A DNA stretch of 22,428 nt from an uncultured Erysipelotrichaceae bacterium (GTDB taxonomy: Bacteria; Bacillota_I; Bacilli_A; Erysipelotrichales; Erysipelotrichaceae). Numbering within the stretch: position 1 is the stretch's first letter; each line of letters starts with the position of its first letter. The translations under genes were made by a program, and so were the position numbers. The stretch lies in the NCBI GenBank assembly GCA_964436975.1, contig CAYTET010000008.1:1-22428 (forward strand), in the 5' to 3' direction. This document shows positions 1 through 9,309 of this stretch, piece by piece. Under the pieces are notes generated by a model. It searched no databases. It was not told where the DNA came from and saw only the letters and a program-made list of their open reading frames with translations.

Positions 1-414
1 GGCACGGTTGTCCAGACGGCGGCGGAAACCGACCGGATGATGGCCAATACCGATCCGCGCTATGTCTTCCTGTGCTATGACACCGGCCACTTCACATTTG
101 CCGGCGAAGACCCGCTGACCATGCTGAAAAAGTATGTTGACAGAGTCGGCCATGTTCATCTGAAGGATATGCGTCTGGACGTTGTGGCCCAGGCCCGGCA
201 GAATAACTGGAGCTTTTTAACAGCGGTCCGCAACGGTGCCTTTACCGTTCCGGGCGACGGCGGTGTTGATTTTGACCCTGTCTTCGCACTGCTGGATCAG
301 GCCGGCTACCAGGGCTGGCTGCTGGTTGAAGCCGAGCAGGATCCGGCCAAGGCCGATCCGCTGGAATATGCCATCAAAGCCCGCAAGTATATTGCGGAGC
401 ATACCGGTTTATAA
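1..414 (+). CDS. iolE: Inosose dehydratase-like sugar-phosphate isomerase/epimerase (xylose-isomerase-like TIM barrel). The 5' end is cut by the window edge.
   Basis: Frame 1 is open from base 1, with no stop before the ATG at 37, so the gene continues upstream. The C-terminal sequence GYQGWLLVEAEQDPAKADPLEY is typical of AP-endonuclease-2/xylose-isomerase-like TIM barrels. Its position directly upstream of iolB-iolD-iolG fits IolE. Confidence 0.6.
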   Translation, partial: GTVVQTAAETDRMMANTDPRYVFLCYDTGHFTFAGEDPLTMLKKYVDRVGHVHLKDMRLDVVAQARQNNWSFLTAVRNGAFTVPGDGGVDFDPVFALLDQAGYQGWLLVEAEQDPAKADPLEYAIKARKYIAEHTGL

Positions 415-428
415 AAGGAAGCTTAAAG

Positions 429-1220
429 ATGTATTTCACCAAACAATTACATAACGGTTACAATTCCTATATCGATGCAGCTGTTGATGATATGGGAACC
501 CAGATGGATGTCGGCCTGCTGCTGCTGGATGCAGATCAGACCTATCAGATCCATGACGAGCATAAAGAGACCGCCGTTCTGCTGTTTGCCGGTGACGTAG
601 ATATCAATTATGGTGATTTAGCGGTGCGGGCCGTCAGACAGGACTGCTTCCATCAGGAAGCCTACTGCCTGCTGGCCAGCGCTGGCACTTCCATTTCGCT
701 GAAAGCGCATACACACTGTGAAATCTACCTGCAGCAGACAGTCAATGAAAACCACTACGCCCCGGTCATGTATACCCCGGACAAAGTCCAGGTCCAGCAT
801 GCCGGAGCCAACGGCGAGCTGATGGGCTGCATGAGACGGGAAATCAAGACCTTCTTCGATTTTGACAATGCGCCTTTCTCCAATATGGTGTTAGGCGAAG
901 TGCTCAACTATCCCGGCAAGTGGTCATCCTATCCGCCGCATCATCATCCCCAGCCGGAAGTCTATTTCTACCGCTTCGATCATCCGCAGGGCTTCGGGGC
1001 CGGATTTGCCAACGGGCAGATCTACCAGACCGGCCAGAATGGACTTTCCGTCATCAACAACGGCTTCCATTCCCAGGTGGCCGCTCCGGGCTATGCGATG
1101 TGCTATGCCTGGGGAATCCGCCATCTTGACGGCAATCCCTGGCAGAAGACCCGGATTGATGATCCGGAACATGAATGGCTCTGGCAGGCTGATGCCAACG
1201 AGCATATTTATAAAGGCTGA
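429..1220 (+). CDS. iolB: 5-deoxy-glucuronate isomerase
   Basis: 263 aa. The cupin-type signature [20 protein letters not shown] and the overall length match the IolB/KduI family. There is an AAAAGGAAG RBS-like sequence upstream, and the gene sits between iolE-like and iolD. Confidence 0.85.
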   Translation: MYFTKQLHNGYNSYIDAAVDDMGTQMDVGLLLLDADQTYQIHDEHKETAVLLFAGDVDINYGDLAVRAVRQDCFHQEAYCLLASAGTSISLKAHTHCEIYLQQTVNENHYAPVMYTPDKVQVQHAGANGELMGCMRREIKTFFDFDNAPFSNMVLGEVLNYPGKWSSYPPHHHPQPEVYFYRFDHPQGFGAGFANGQIYQTGQNGLSVINNGFHSQVAAPGYAMCYAWGIRHLDGNPWQKTRIDDPEHEWLWQADANEHIYKG

Positions 1221-1240
1221 GCGCCGAAAGGAGAATAAGG

Positions 1241-3169
1241 ATGAAAACTGTCAGACTTACCATGGCCCAGGCCCTGGTCCGTTTTCTGGAAAACCAGTAC
1301 ATTGCCTATGACGGCCAGCAGCACCCCTTTGTTGAGGGTGTCATCATGCTGCCGGGTCACGGCAATGTGGTCGGCTTAGGCCAGGCTTTGAATCAGGAAG
1401 CTCACCGCATGAAGGTGTGGATGGGCAAAAACGAGCAGGGCATGGCTCATACCGCCGTGGCCTTTGCCAAGCAGTGCAAACGTAAAAAGATTATCGCTGT
1501 GACCTCTTCGGTCGGCCCGGGGGCGGCCAATATGGTAACCGCGGCGGCCACCGCCACGGCCAACAACATTCCGGTGCTGATTCTGCCGGGTGATGTCTAT
1601 GCCTGCCGGCAGCCGGATCCGGTGCTGCAGCAGATTGAGCAGACCAATGATCTGTCGCTTTCGACTAATGATGCTTTCAAGGCCGTCTGCCGCTACTGGG
1701 ACCGCATTGTCAGACCCGAGCAGCTGATGAGTGCCATGATTTCCGCCATGCGGACACTGACTGATCCGGCCAATACCGGCGCTGTCTGCATCGCCATTCC
1801 CCAGGATGTCGAAGGGGAAGCCTATGACTATCCGGTCTCTTTCTTTGAAAAGAGAGTGCATCATCTGGCCCGGCGGCTGCCGGAGCCGGAAATCATCGAG
1901 CAGGCGGCTGAAGTTATCCGCAATGCCAAAAAGCCGCTGCTGATCTGCGGCGGCGGGGTCCGCTACAGCGAGGCCCATGCCGAATTCAAGGCTTTTGCCG
2001 AAGCGGCCAATATTCCCTTTGGCGAAACCCAGGCCGGCAAGGGCGCCGTGCTGTACGATCATCCGCTGAATCTGGGCGGCATCGGAGTCACCGGCTGTTC
2101 AGCCGCCAATGACATTGCCAAACAGGCTGATGTCATCATCGGCGTCGGCACCCGGTATACGGATTTCACGACTTCTTCCAAGTGGCTGTTTAAAGACAGC
2201 GCTAAATTTGTTAATATTAATGTATCAGATTTCCAGGCTTTGAAGATGAATGCGGCGGTGGCCGTGGTGGCGGATGCCAAGCGCGCCCTGCCGGAGCTGC
2301 AGAAGGCTCTGCAGGGCTACAAGGCCCCTTATACCACTGAAATCAAAAAAGCCCGGGATAAATGGTTTGCCGAATTAAAGCGGCTTGATAATATCAGTTT
2401 TGGTCCCAAATACGTGCCGGAAGTCAATGATGCCAATGCGGCTTCGGCGTTCCGGTTTGCCAAGGATATGGATGCTACGCTGACCCAGACCACTGTCGTC
2501 GGTCTGATCAACCAGGCCATTGATGCCGAAGATGTCATTATCGGCTCATCCGGCTCGCTGCCGGGCGATTTGCAGAGAATGTGGTGTGCCCGCAGTCTGG
2601 ATTCCTACAATATGGAGTACGGCTATTCCTGCATGGGTTATGAAATCAGCGGCGCCTTGGGCGTCAAATATGCCATCGGCAAGGACCATGATGTCTATGC
2701 CATGGTCGGTGACGGCAGCTTCACCATGCTGCATTCCGAGCTGCTGACAGCGGTGCAGGAGCATGAGAAGATCAATGTCTGTGTCTTCAACAACGCCAGC
2801 TTCGGCTGCATCAATAACCTGCAGGTCGGCCATGGCAATGATTCCTTATGCACGGAAGTCCGCTTCCGCGGTAAGGACGGCAAGCATTCCGGCAAGTTCA
2901 TTCCGGTTGACTTTGCCAAAATAGGCGAGGGCTACGGCTGCAAGTCTTACACCATCCATACCCTGGATGAGATGAAGCAGGCGCTGGCCGATGCCAAAAA
3001 GATTAAAGACCAGCCGGTTGTCTTTGACATCCGGGTTCTGCCCAAGAGCATGACTGAAGGCTACGGGTCCTGGTGGCGGGTCGGCGATACGGAAGTATCC
3101 AAGAACCCGAAGAATGTGGAAGCTTATCAGGATCATCTGAAGCACGTTAAAGACGCGCGCAAATTCTAA
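1241..3169 (+). CDS. iolD: 3D-(3,5/4)-trihydroxycyclohexane-1,2-dione acylhydrolase (thiamine-diphosphate enzyme)
   Basis: 642 aa. The N-terminus [21 protein letters not shown] and the blocks [51 protein letters not shown] and ETQAGKG..HPLNLGG parallel Bacillus subtilis IolD as I recall it. A TPP-binding GDGSF...NN motif is present. RBS AAAGGAGAA. Confidence 0.9.
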   Translation: MKTVRLTMAQALVRFLENQYIAYDGQQHPFVEGVIMLPGHGNVVGLGQALNQEAHRMKVWMGKNEQGMAHTAVAFAKQCKRKKIIAVTSSVGPGAANMVTAAATATANNIPVLILPGDVYACRQPDPVLQQIEQTNDLSLSTNDAFKAVCRYWDRIVRPEQLMSAMISAMRTLTDPANTGAVCIAIPQDVEGEAYDYPVSFFEKRVHHLARRLPEPEIIEQAAEVIRNAKKPLLICGGGVRYSEAHAEFKAFAEAANIPFGETQAGKGAVLYDHPLNLGGIGVTGCSAANDIAKQADVIIGVGTRYTDFTTSSKWLFKDSAKFVNINVSDFQALKMNAAVAVVADAKRALPELQKALQGYKAPYTTEIKKARDKWFAELKRLDNISFGPKYVPEVNDANAASAFRFAKDMDATLTQTTVVGLINQAIDAEDVIIGSSGSLPGDLQRMWCARSLDSYNMEYGYSCMGYEISGALGVKYAIGKDHDVYAMVGDGSFTMLHSELLTAVQEHEKINVCVFNNASFGCINNLQVGHGNDSLCTEVRFRGKDGKHSGKFIPVDFAKIGEGYGCKSYTIHTLDEMKQALADAKKIKDQPVVFDIRVLPKSMTEGYGSWWRVGDTEVSKNPKNVEAYQDHLKHVKDARKF

Positions 3170-3189
3170 AAAAAGGGAGATACACAAAT

Positions 3190-4221
3190 ATGGAACATGT
3201 ATTACAGGTCGGTATCGTCGGCTGCGGCGCTATCGGCAAGGATCACTGCCGCCGCATCATTGAAAAAGTGCCCGGAGCCACCGTTGTCGCTGTCAGCGAT
3301 TACAATGCGGCTGCGGCCGATGAAACGGCTGCCAAGTACGGCATTAAATCCTTTGGCAATGACTGCAAGGGCATGATCGCCGATCCGTCAGTTGAAGCGG
3401 TTGTCATCACTTCAATTGATCCGACCCATCATGAGTATGTCATGGAAGTGCTGAAGCATAAGAAGTGGTGCTTCTGTGAAAAACCGCTGTCCCAGAATGC
3501 CAAGGACTGTGAGGAGATCATTGCGGAAGAGCAGAAGATCGGCCACCGCCTTGTCCAGGTCGGCTTTATGAGAAGATATGACCGCGGCTATGCTGAAATG
3601 AAGCGGATTATTGATTCCGGTGCCATCGGCAAGCCGTTAGTCATCAAGGCCTGCCACCGCAATGTTGCCCAGGGTCCCGGATTCAAGACCGAAAACGGCA
3701 TCACCAACGTCGCTATCCATGAACTGGATATCTGCCGCTGGCTGCTGAATGATGAGTATCAGGATGCCCAGGTGGTCAGAGTCCGCCAGTCATCCAATTC
3801 AACCAAGGGCTATGACAACCCGCAGGTTGTCCTGCTGAGAACCAAGAACAACTGCTTCATCGATGTTGAAGTCCAGGTTGCCGACGGCTACGGCTATGAT
3901 ATCCAGTGCGAAGTCGTCTGCGAAAACGGCACTGTCAAGCTGCCTGATCCGATGGCGGTTGTCAGAAGAGCCAGACCCGACCTCACCAAGGAACCGTTTA
4001 TTGAACAGCCGATCATGACCGACTGGAAAGAGCGCTTCATTGAAGCTTATGACATTGAGCTGTGTGACTGGGTTGATGCCATTGCCAAGGGCAAGCTGAC
4101 CGGACCTTCCGTCTGGGACGGCTATGTGGCCTGCGTGGCCGGTGATGCCTGCAATGCATCCCGCGGCACTTCGACTTTCTTACCGGTGAATACTATCGAA
4201 AAACCGGAAATGTATAAGTAG
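3190..4221 (+). CDS. iolG: myo-inositol 2-dehydrogenase (Gfo/Idh/MocA family)
   Basis: 343 aa. It has an N-terminal Rossmann GIVGCGAIGKDH motif. The blocks FCEKPL, RLVQVGFMRRYDRGY, HRN, GYGYDIQCEVVCENGTVKLPDP and GPSVWDGY closely parallel B. subtilis IolG from memory. Confidence 0.85.
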   Translation: MEHVLQVGIVGCGAIGKDHCRRIIEKVPGATVVAVSDYNAAAADETAAKYGIKSFGNDCKGMIADPSVEAVVITSIDPTHHEYVMEVLKHKKWCFCEKPLSQNAKDCEEIIAEEQKIGHRLVQVGFMRRYDRGYAEMKRIIDSGAIGKPLVIKACHRNVAQGPGFKTENGITNVAIHELDICRWLLNDEYQDAQVVRVRQSSNSTKGYDNPQVVLLRTKNNCFIDVEVQVADGYGYDIQCEVVCENGTVKLPDPMAVVRRARPDLTKEPFIEQPIMTDWKERFIEAYDIELCDWVDAIAKGKLTGPSVWDGYVACVAGDACNASRGTSTFLPVNTIEKPEMYK

Positions 4222-4228
4222 GAATTAA

Positions 4229-4277
4229 CCGGGAGGCTGCCCTGATCAAGGTGTCAGCAGCAGCCTCCTGGCTTTTG
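4229..4277 (+). terminator. Rho-independent terminator after iolG
   Basis: The inverted repeat CCGGGAGGCTGC (4229-4240) pairs with GCAGCCTCCTGG (4260-4271), including one G-U pair. Inner CTGA/TCAG pairing is possible, and CTTTTG follows. Confidence 0.6.
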
Positions 4278-4285
4278 AAAATCTC

Positions 4286-4299
4286 TGCAAACGTTTGAA
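4286..4299. promoter_or_regulatory. LacI-family operator-like palindrome TGCAAACGTTTGAA upstream of the ABC permease
   Basis: The 10-bp perfect palindrome CAAACGTTTG (4288-4297) extends to a 14-mer with one mismatched pair. It lies about 32 bp upstream of the preferred permease start at 4331. The AAACGTTT core is typical of LacI/PurR/RbsR-type operators. Confidence 0.45.
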
Positions 4300-4330
4300 T
4301 GAATTTTCATGGAAAAGGAAAGGAGCAGAA

Positions 4331-6157
4331 ATGAGCAAAAAAAAGCAGATTAAACATCCGCTAACAAAGAAGCGTCTTAAGAATTTGATCAAGAGTGTGC
4401 TTACCAATCCGTTCAATCTGATTGTCTTCATTACCCTGATTGCTTTGTTCTGTCTGATTGTCATCCCTCTGCTGCAGATGGTTTCAAATACTTTCATCGT
4501 TGCCAAATCCGAGGTGCGCCGCATCGGCCTGCCGGCTGGCAGTTTCACTCTTTATTATTGGCGTTACATGCTGTTCAGCAGCATGTCGTCATCAGTGATG
4601 TGGACACCTTTAAAGCATTCACTGGTCATCGGCATCTTTACCGTTCTGGTATCGGTGCCGCTGGGATCCATTCTGGGCTGGATTGTGGTAAGAACTGATA
4701 TGCTGGGCAAGAAGCTTATCGGCATGCTGGTCGTCATTCCTTACATGATCCCGTCATGGTGCAAGGCCATGGCCTGGCTGTCGGTCTTCCGCAACCAGAC
4801 TTCCGGATCACTGGGCTTTCTGGCCGGACTGGGGCTTAACGTACCTGACTGGCTGGCCTACGGGCCGGTGGCGATAGTTCTGTGTATGTCGCTGCACTAT
4901 TATGCTTTCTCTTATATCAACGTTTCCTCGGCCTTAAGGTCCATCAACTCTGAACTGGAGGAAATGGGCGAGATATGCGGCGCTTCCAAGCCGCAGATCC
5001 TTAAGTCGATTACCATCCCGCTGGTTCTGCCCAGCGTGCTGTCGTCCATTGTCATGACCCTGTCCAAGTCAATCGGGGCCTACGGCGTGGCGGCCAATCT
5101 GGGCAACCGCATCGGCTATTTCACCCTGGCGACCAAGATGAAGACCTTCATCAACGGCACCACCTACAATGCCGTCGGCTATGCCATGAGCATTGTGCTG
5201 ATCGTGCTGGCAGCCCTGATCATCTTCGGCAACCAGAAGATCGTCGGTGTCCGCAAGTCCTATGCCACTATCGGCGGCAAGGGCGGCCGGACCAACCCGA
5301 TGAAGTTGGGCAGTGCCAAATACTGGCTGATGGGCTTTCTGGTTATCTTTCTGTTCTTCTCGATGGTTGCCCCGATGTTCATTCTGGTCATGGAAACATT
5401 CCAGATCACTACCGGCAACGGCTATGGCGCCGACAACCTGACGCTGTATTACTGGATAGGCACGGTTGACAATGCGCCCAAATACATAAACTATCCGGGT
5501 ATATTCCGCAACCCTAATTTCTTCAAGGCCTTATGGAATACTATCCGGCTGACCTTTACCGTTTCGATTCTTACCGCCATCTGCGGCCAGTTCTTAGGCT
5601 ATATCTCAACCCGCGGACGCGGCAAGTGGTACGGCACGCTGACGGAGCAGCTGGTCTTCATTCCCTATCTGATGAGCGGCGTGGCTTTCTCCGCCATGTA
5701 TTTCTCGATGTTCTCGGTTCCGCATCTGGGCGGCCTGATTCCGTCGCTTTACGGCACCTTCGCCCTGATTGTGCTGACATCAACGGTCAAGCATTTCCCG
5801 TTTGCCAGCCGCACCGGCACAGCCAACATGATGCAGATTTCCACCGAACTGGAGGAATCCGCCACCATCAACGGAGCCAATTTCTGGCAGCGCATGGGCA
5901 AGATTGTCCTGCCGCTGGCCAAAAACGGCTTTATCTCCGGGTTTATGCTGACGTTTATCAGCGTGGCTAAGGAACTGGACCTGATCATCATCATGATGAC
6001 CCAGGAGACCCAGACCCTGTCCTATGTGGCTTTCACTTATTCACAGGATGGCTACCCCCAGATGTCAGATGCGATTTCAGTATGTGTCCTGCTGTTTATC
6101 CTGGTCTGCTATATCATCGCCAACAAACTGGGTGCTGATATCGGCAAGAGCTGGTAA
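4331..6157 (+). CDS. ABC transporter permease, fused two-domain type (iron(III)/AfuB/FbpB-like)
   Basis: About 608 aa with many TM helices. There are two EAA-loop motifs (EEMGEICGASKPQILKSITIPL and EESATINGANFWQRMGKIVLPL), showing an internal duplication of the binding-protein-dependent permease domain. The start at 4331 (MSKKKQ) is preferred over 4295 because AAGGAGC lies 7 nt upstream. Confidence 0.85.
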   Translation: MSKKKQIKHPLTKKRLKNLIKSVLTNPFNLIVFITLIALFCLIVIPLLQMVSNTFIVAKSEVRRIGLPAGSFTLYYWRYMLFSSMSSSVMWTPLKHSLVIGIFTVLVSVPLGSILGWIVVRTDMLGKKLIGMLVVIPYMIPSWCKAMAWLSVFRNQTSGSLGFLAGLGLNVPDWLAYGPVAIVLCMSLHYYAFSYINVSSALRSINSELEEMGEICGASKPQILKSITIPLVLPSVLSSIVMTLSKSIGAYGVAANLGNRIGYFTLATKMKTFINGTTYNAVGYAMSIVLIVLAALIIFGNQKIVGVRKSYATIGGKGGRTNPMKLGSAKYWLMGFLVIFLFFSMVAPMFILVMETFQITTGNGYGADNLTLYYWIGTVDNAPKYINYPGIFRNPNFFKALWNTIRLTFTVSILTAICGQFLGYISTRGRGKWYGTLTEQLVFIPYLMSGVAFSAMYFSMFSVPHLGGLIPSLYGTFALIVLTSTVKHFPFASRTGTANMMQISTELEESATINGANFWQRMGKIVLPLAKNGFISGFMLTFISVAKELDLIIIMMTQETQTLSYVAFTYSQDGYPQMSDAISVCVLLFILVCYIIANKLGADIGKSW

Positions 6158-6182
6158 TGGCTAGGAAGAGAAAGGAAACAAT

Positions 6183-7301
6183 ATGAGCAGAATCGAACTA
6201 AAGCACATTGATAAATTCTACGGTGAAAACCATGTTCTGCGCGATCTCAATCTGACTATCGAAGACGGCGACTTCATGACGCTGCTGGGTCCGTCAGGCT
6301 GTGGAAAGACCACGACATTAAGAGTTATTTCCGGTTTGGAAGAGCCGCAGAATGGTACAATGACTATAGACGGTGTTGAGATGATCAATGCCGCCGATGC
6401 ATACTTTGCCGAGCCCAGCAAAAGAGGGCTGAATCTGGTTTTCCAGTCTTATGCCCTGTGGCCGCACATGACGGTCAAGGAGAATATCGCCTTTGGTCTG
6501 AAGATTCAGAAACTGCCTAAGGCTGAAGTTGAAGCCCGCGTCAAGGATGCGCTGCGGATGATGCGGATCGAGGAATACATCGACCGCTATCCCAACGAAC
6601 TTTCCGGCGGCCAGCAGCAGCGTGTCGCTATTGCCCGCGCTGTGGCCTCCAATCCCAAGCTGCTGCTGCTGGATGAGCCTTTGAGCAATCTGGACGCCCG
6701 GCTGCGCATTGACATGCGCTCGGAGCTGCAGCGGCTGCATCATGAATTGAAGACGACAATTATCTATGTCACCCATGACCAGGTCGAAGCTCTGACCATG
6801 TCAACCAAGATTGCCCTGTTCAAAGAGGGTGAACTGAGTCAGGTGGCCACGCCCATGGAGCTGTACCGCAACCCGATTGACCTGCAGGCCGCCGATTTCA
6901 TCGGCAACCCGCGGATCAACTTCTTAAAAGGCGATGCGGAAATGAAGGGCGGCAAGCTGCATGTTCACTGCGAACTGCAGGATTACGTCTTTGACAAGGA
7001 AGACATGACCGATGAGCCGATTCCAGAAGGAAACTTTGCGGTAGTGGTAGCCATCCGGCCGGAGCAGGTTCACATTGAACAGCAGGCCAGTGCGGACACC
7101 ATGCCGGTTGAGGTTTATGCTTCCCAGCCGGCCGGTTCGGAAACCCTGGTTTCCTTAAGAGCCGGTTCATCGGATTTCTTATCCAAGGAGATTGGTCTGG
7201 CGGAATATAAGATCGGCCAGCAGGTCAATGTCAGAGTCAATCCCAAGCGCGTCAATATCTATGATGCCGCTTCAACCCGTTTGATCAAACGCGCTCAGTA
7301 A
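6183..7301 (+). CDS. ABC transporter ATP-binding protein (MalK/FbpC/PotA-like, with a C-terminal TOBE-like domain)
   Basis: Walker [10 protein letters not shown], signature [14 protein letters not shown], Walker [13 protein letters not shown], and H-loop THDQ. A roughly 130-aa C-terminal regulatory/OB-like extension is present. Confidence 0.9.
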   Translation: MSRIELKHIDKFYGENHVLRDLNLTIEDGDFMTLLGPSGCGKTTTLRVISGLEEPQNGTMTIDGVEMINAADAYFAEPSKRGLNLVFQSYALWPHMTVKENIAFGLKIQKLPKAEVEARVKDALRMMRIEEYIDRYPNELSGGQQQRVAIARAVASNPKLLLLDEPLSNLDARLRIDMRSELQRLHHELKTTIIYVTHDQVEALTMSTKIALFKEGELSQVATPMELYRNPIDLQAADFIGNPRINFLKGDAEMKGGKLHVHCELQDYVFDKEDMTDEPIPEGNFAVVVAIRPEQVHIEQQASADTMPVEVYASQPAGSETLVSLRAGSSDFLSKEIGLAEYKIGQQVNVRVNPKRVNIYDAASTRLIKRAQ

Positions 7302-7400
7302 GCCGGGCCCAGCCAGCCGGTATTACTGGAATAAACGCTTGATATAGCTTAGGGAAGTATTTTCAGCGCTAAAGCTGAAAGAAAGGAGAAATGTCAGTTT

Positions 7401-8639
7401 ATGAAGAAGTTTAGTGTTCTGTTAGTTGTTGCCATGATGCTGCTGACGGCTCTGTCCGGCTGCACATTTGGCACCGGCACCGGCGGCAAGACCGTTGATG
7501 CCCAGTTGGGTCCTATCTACGATGATTACAGTGATATGACCGATGAGCAGCTTTATGAATTAGCCCAGAAAGAGGGCGGCCAGATCAATATCTATGCCAC
7601 CTCTTCCAAGATGTTGAAAGAGGAAGAACCTTTTGAAACATTGTATCCGGGTCTGGATGTTGTCGTTACCGACTTAGACCAGGACGAAGTTCTGCAGAAG
7701 GCCGTTACCGAGCATAAGACCGGAAATATCACCGGTGATGTTCTGCAGGCCAAAGATGTCAACGGCGACGTTTTCTACAACTATTATGAGGAAGGCATTG
7801 TTGAGACATTCTATCCTAAAGATCTGTGCGCCTATATTGACGAAGATCTGCTGAAGTATGGTTATCCGCTGTATGCCGGCGAAGCTTTCTGGTTCTATAA
7901 CACCGAAGCTTTCCCTGACGGCTCCCCGCTGACCAACTGGTGGCAGCTGCTTGAGACCAATGCCGACGGCACCCAGAAGTTTATCATCTACACCAAGGAA
8001 ATCGGCCAGGAAACGTCTTATCTGTCCCTGTTTGCCAGTTTCATTGTCAATTCCGATCAGATGGCCGCAGCCTACAAGGAAGAATACGGCAAGGATCTGG
8101 AATACACCTATGATGCTTCGGCCTTTGATTTTGAAGCTCCGAAGAACAATGCCGGTGTCGAATTCTTATGGCGCTTCAGCCAGCTGAAGATGACATTCAT
8201 CGGCGATGGTGATGAATTGGTCTTAGCCGTCAATAACGGCAAGAGCACCGAGCATCCTACTGTTGCGTTATGCTCAGCCGGCAAGCTGGAAAACCGTGAT
8301 AAATCCGGTTATGCCATTGCCTGGTGCACCAATCTGAAGCCTTATACAGGTCTGAAGTATTGCGAATATCTGTATGTTGTCAAAGGCTGTGACAACCCGG
8401 CCGGCGCCCGTCTGTTCATCCGCTATATCACGGGTTCAGGCGATGACGGCAGCGGTTTGAAGCCGTTTACCAAGGTTGGCAACTGGCCGGTCCGCAGTGA
8501 TGTCAAGGATAAGAAGAATGAGATCACCCTTGATGAGGCCGGTGCTATTGATGCCGATCTGAAGAGCATCTATGATCAGTTCATTGATACTCAGGATATG
8601 TGGAATTACTGGCTGGATAAGAATCCCAATATGAAATAA
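7401..8639 (+). CDS. ABC transporter substrate-binding lipoprotein (family-1, iron(III)/AfuA-like fold)
   Basis: The signal peptide has a lipobox (LTALSGC) followed by a Gly/Thr linker. QINIYATSS...YPGLDVVVTDL resembles the N-terminal lobe of Fbp/Afu/thiamine-type binding proteins. It is the last gene of the permease-ATPase-SBP unit. Confidence 0.8.
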   Translation: MKKFSVLLVVAMMLLTALSGCTFGTGTGGKTVDAQLGPIYDDYSDMTDEQLYELAQKEGGQINIYATSSKMLKEEEPFETLYPGLDVVVTDLDQDEVLQKAVTEHKTGNITGDVLQAKDVNGDVFYNYYEEGIVETFYPKDLCAYIDEDLLKYGYPLYAGEAFWFYNTEAFPDGSPLTNWWQLLETNADGTQKFIIYTKEIGQETSYLSLFASFIVNSDQMAAAYKEEYGKDLEYTYDASAFDFEAPKNNAGVEFLWRFSQLKMTFIGDGDELVLAVNNGKSTEHPTVALCSAGKLENRDKSGYAIAWCTNLKPYTGLKYCEYLYVVKGCDNPAGARLFIRYITGSGDDGSGLKPFTKVGNWPVRSDVKDKKNEITLDEAGAIDADLKSIYDQFIDTQDMWNYWLDKNPNMK

Positions 8640-8656
8640 GCTTGGTTTATAATTTC

Positions 8657-8690
8657 CGGCTTGCGGGACAGTTTGCTGTCCCGCAAGCCG
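8657..8690 (+). terminator. Perfect 15-bp stem hairpin after the binding-protein gene
   Basis: CGGCTTGCGGGACAG (8657-8671), loop TTTG, then CTGTCCCGCAAGCCG (8676-8690). It lies 18 nt after the stop codon. No downstream T-tract is present, so it may act as a terminator or as an RNA-stabilising element. Confidence 0.55.
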
Positions 8691-8715
8691 CCATGTCAGG
8701 AGATAGCAGAGCTAA

Positions 8716-9306
8716 ATGGTAAAAAGAGTCGATAAAGGCAACCAGTCTTCCGCAAGAGAGAAGACGGAAACCTTCAAAGAGAAATGGACACGGCGGGGCA
8801 AAAAGTTTTTGGGCATCTTTGCGTTTACGGAAAACGGCAAGCCTAAAAGCAGCCTTTTGATTTACACCTTCTGTCTGAGCTTTGTCTTTGTGGTGCTGCT
8901 GATAGTGGCCTTCTGGTTTCTTTCGGAAGCCCAGAACGCCTATCTTACGGCGCTGCCGGTTTTCTGGACCAATCTGGCCGTATCTTTGGGCATGAGTGCT
9001 TTCTGCATGCTGACCGGCTATATAATGCACCACTTTATGAAGGACAAGCGGCTGCTGTTTGTGACTTATGTCTGGCTGGCGGTCTATGATGTTGTTACTA
9101 TCATTGCCCAGGCTATCATGCTGGCCAGTGAACCGGGCGGCTTTGGCATCTTCATGACCTTCTTTGTCTGGGTTGCCATCATTCCGGTAATATGCGGACT
9201 GTTTTTCTTCTACTGGCTGTTCAAGCGTGACTACAAGCCGCCGGTAGAACCCGGACCGACTGATCCGGTGGCAGAGACAATGAATAAATATGTCAATCAC
9301 AGGTAA
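8716..9306 (+). CDS. Hypothetical integral membrane protein (4 predicted TM helices, Lys-rich cytoplasmic N-terminus)
   Basis: Four hydrophobic segments: LLIYTFCLSFVFVVLLIVAFWFL, LPVFWTNLAVSLGMSAFCMLTGYIM, LLFVTYVWLAVYDVVTIIAQAIML and IFMTFFVWVAIIPVICGLFFFYWLF. AGGAGA lies about 12 nt upstream. The stop is 3 nt before the next gene. I recognise no family. Confidence 0.55.
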   Translation: MVKRVDKGNQSSAREKTETFKEKWTRRGKKFLGIFAFTENGKPKSSLLIYTFCLSFVFVVLLIVAFWFLSEAQNAYLTALPVFWTNLAVSLGMSAFCMLTGYIMHHFMKDKRLLFVTYVWLAVYDVVTIIAQAIMLASEPGGFGIFMTFFVWVAIIPVICGLFFFYWLFKRDYKPPVEPGPTDPVAETMNKYVNHR

Positions 9307-9309
9307 GAT

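Noticed and set aside
1475-1483. TGCAAACGT half-site of the operator motif inside iolD
   Set aside because: Only one half of the palindrome is present, followed by AAAAAG. It encodes Cys-Lys-Arg within a conserved gene and is consistent with chance.
1376-2062. Long antisense ORFs inside well-conserved genes (for example 1376-2062, 6318-6776, 11503-12021, 12686-13543, 13883-14290, 14620-15084, 15837-16385, 16392-16892 and 21830-22234)
   Set aside because: These are shadow ORFs, typical of moderately GC-rich coding DNA. Each lies opposite a gene with strong family motifs, and their translations are Arg/Gly/His-rich without motifs.
5533-5970. 145-aa alternative-frame ORF within the permease gene, plus similar same-strand out-of-frame ORFs (236-454, 920-1129, 2520-2747, 17084-1356 style)
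   Set aside because: These are out-of-frame overlaps with clearly coding genes. They have Pro/Arg-rich composition, no RBS and no family resemblance.
7361-7380. Weak hairpin TTTCAGC-GCTAAA-GCTGAAA between the ATPase and SBP genes
   Set aside because: The stem is 7 bp and AT-rich, and it directly abuts the SBP RBS. It is too weak to call a terminator and could equally be incidental.
8647-9300. 217-aa ORF on the minus strand, antisense to the membrane-protein gene
   Set aside because: The translation is His/Arg/Gln-rich and low in complexity. It has no recognisable motif or RBS, and the ORF would start inside the downstream gene junction. The + strand frame encodes four clean TM helices and fits the operon spacing.
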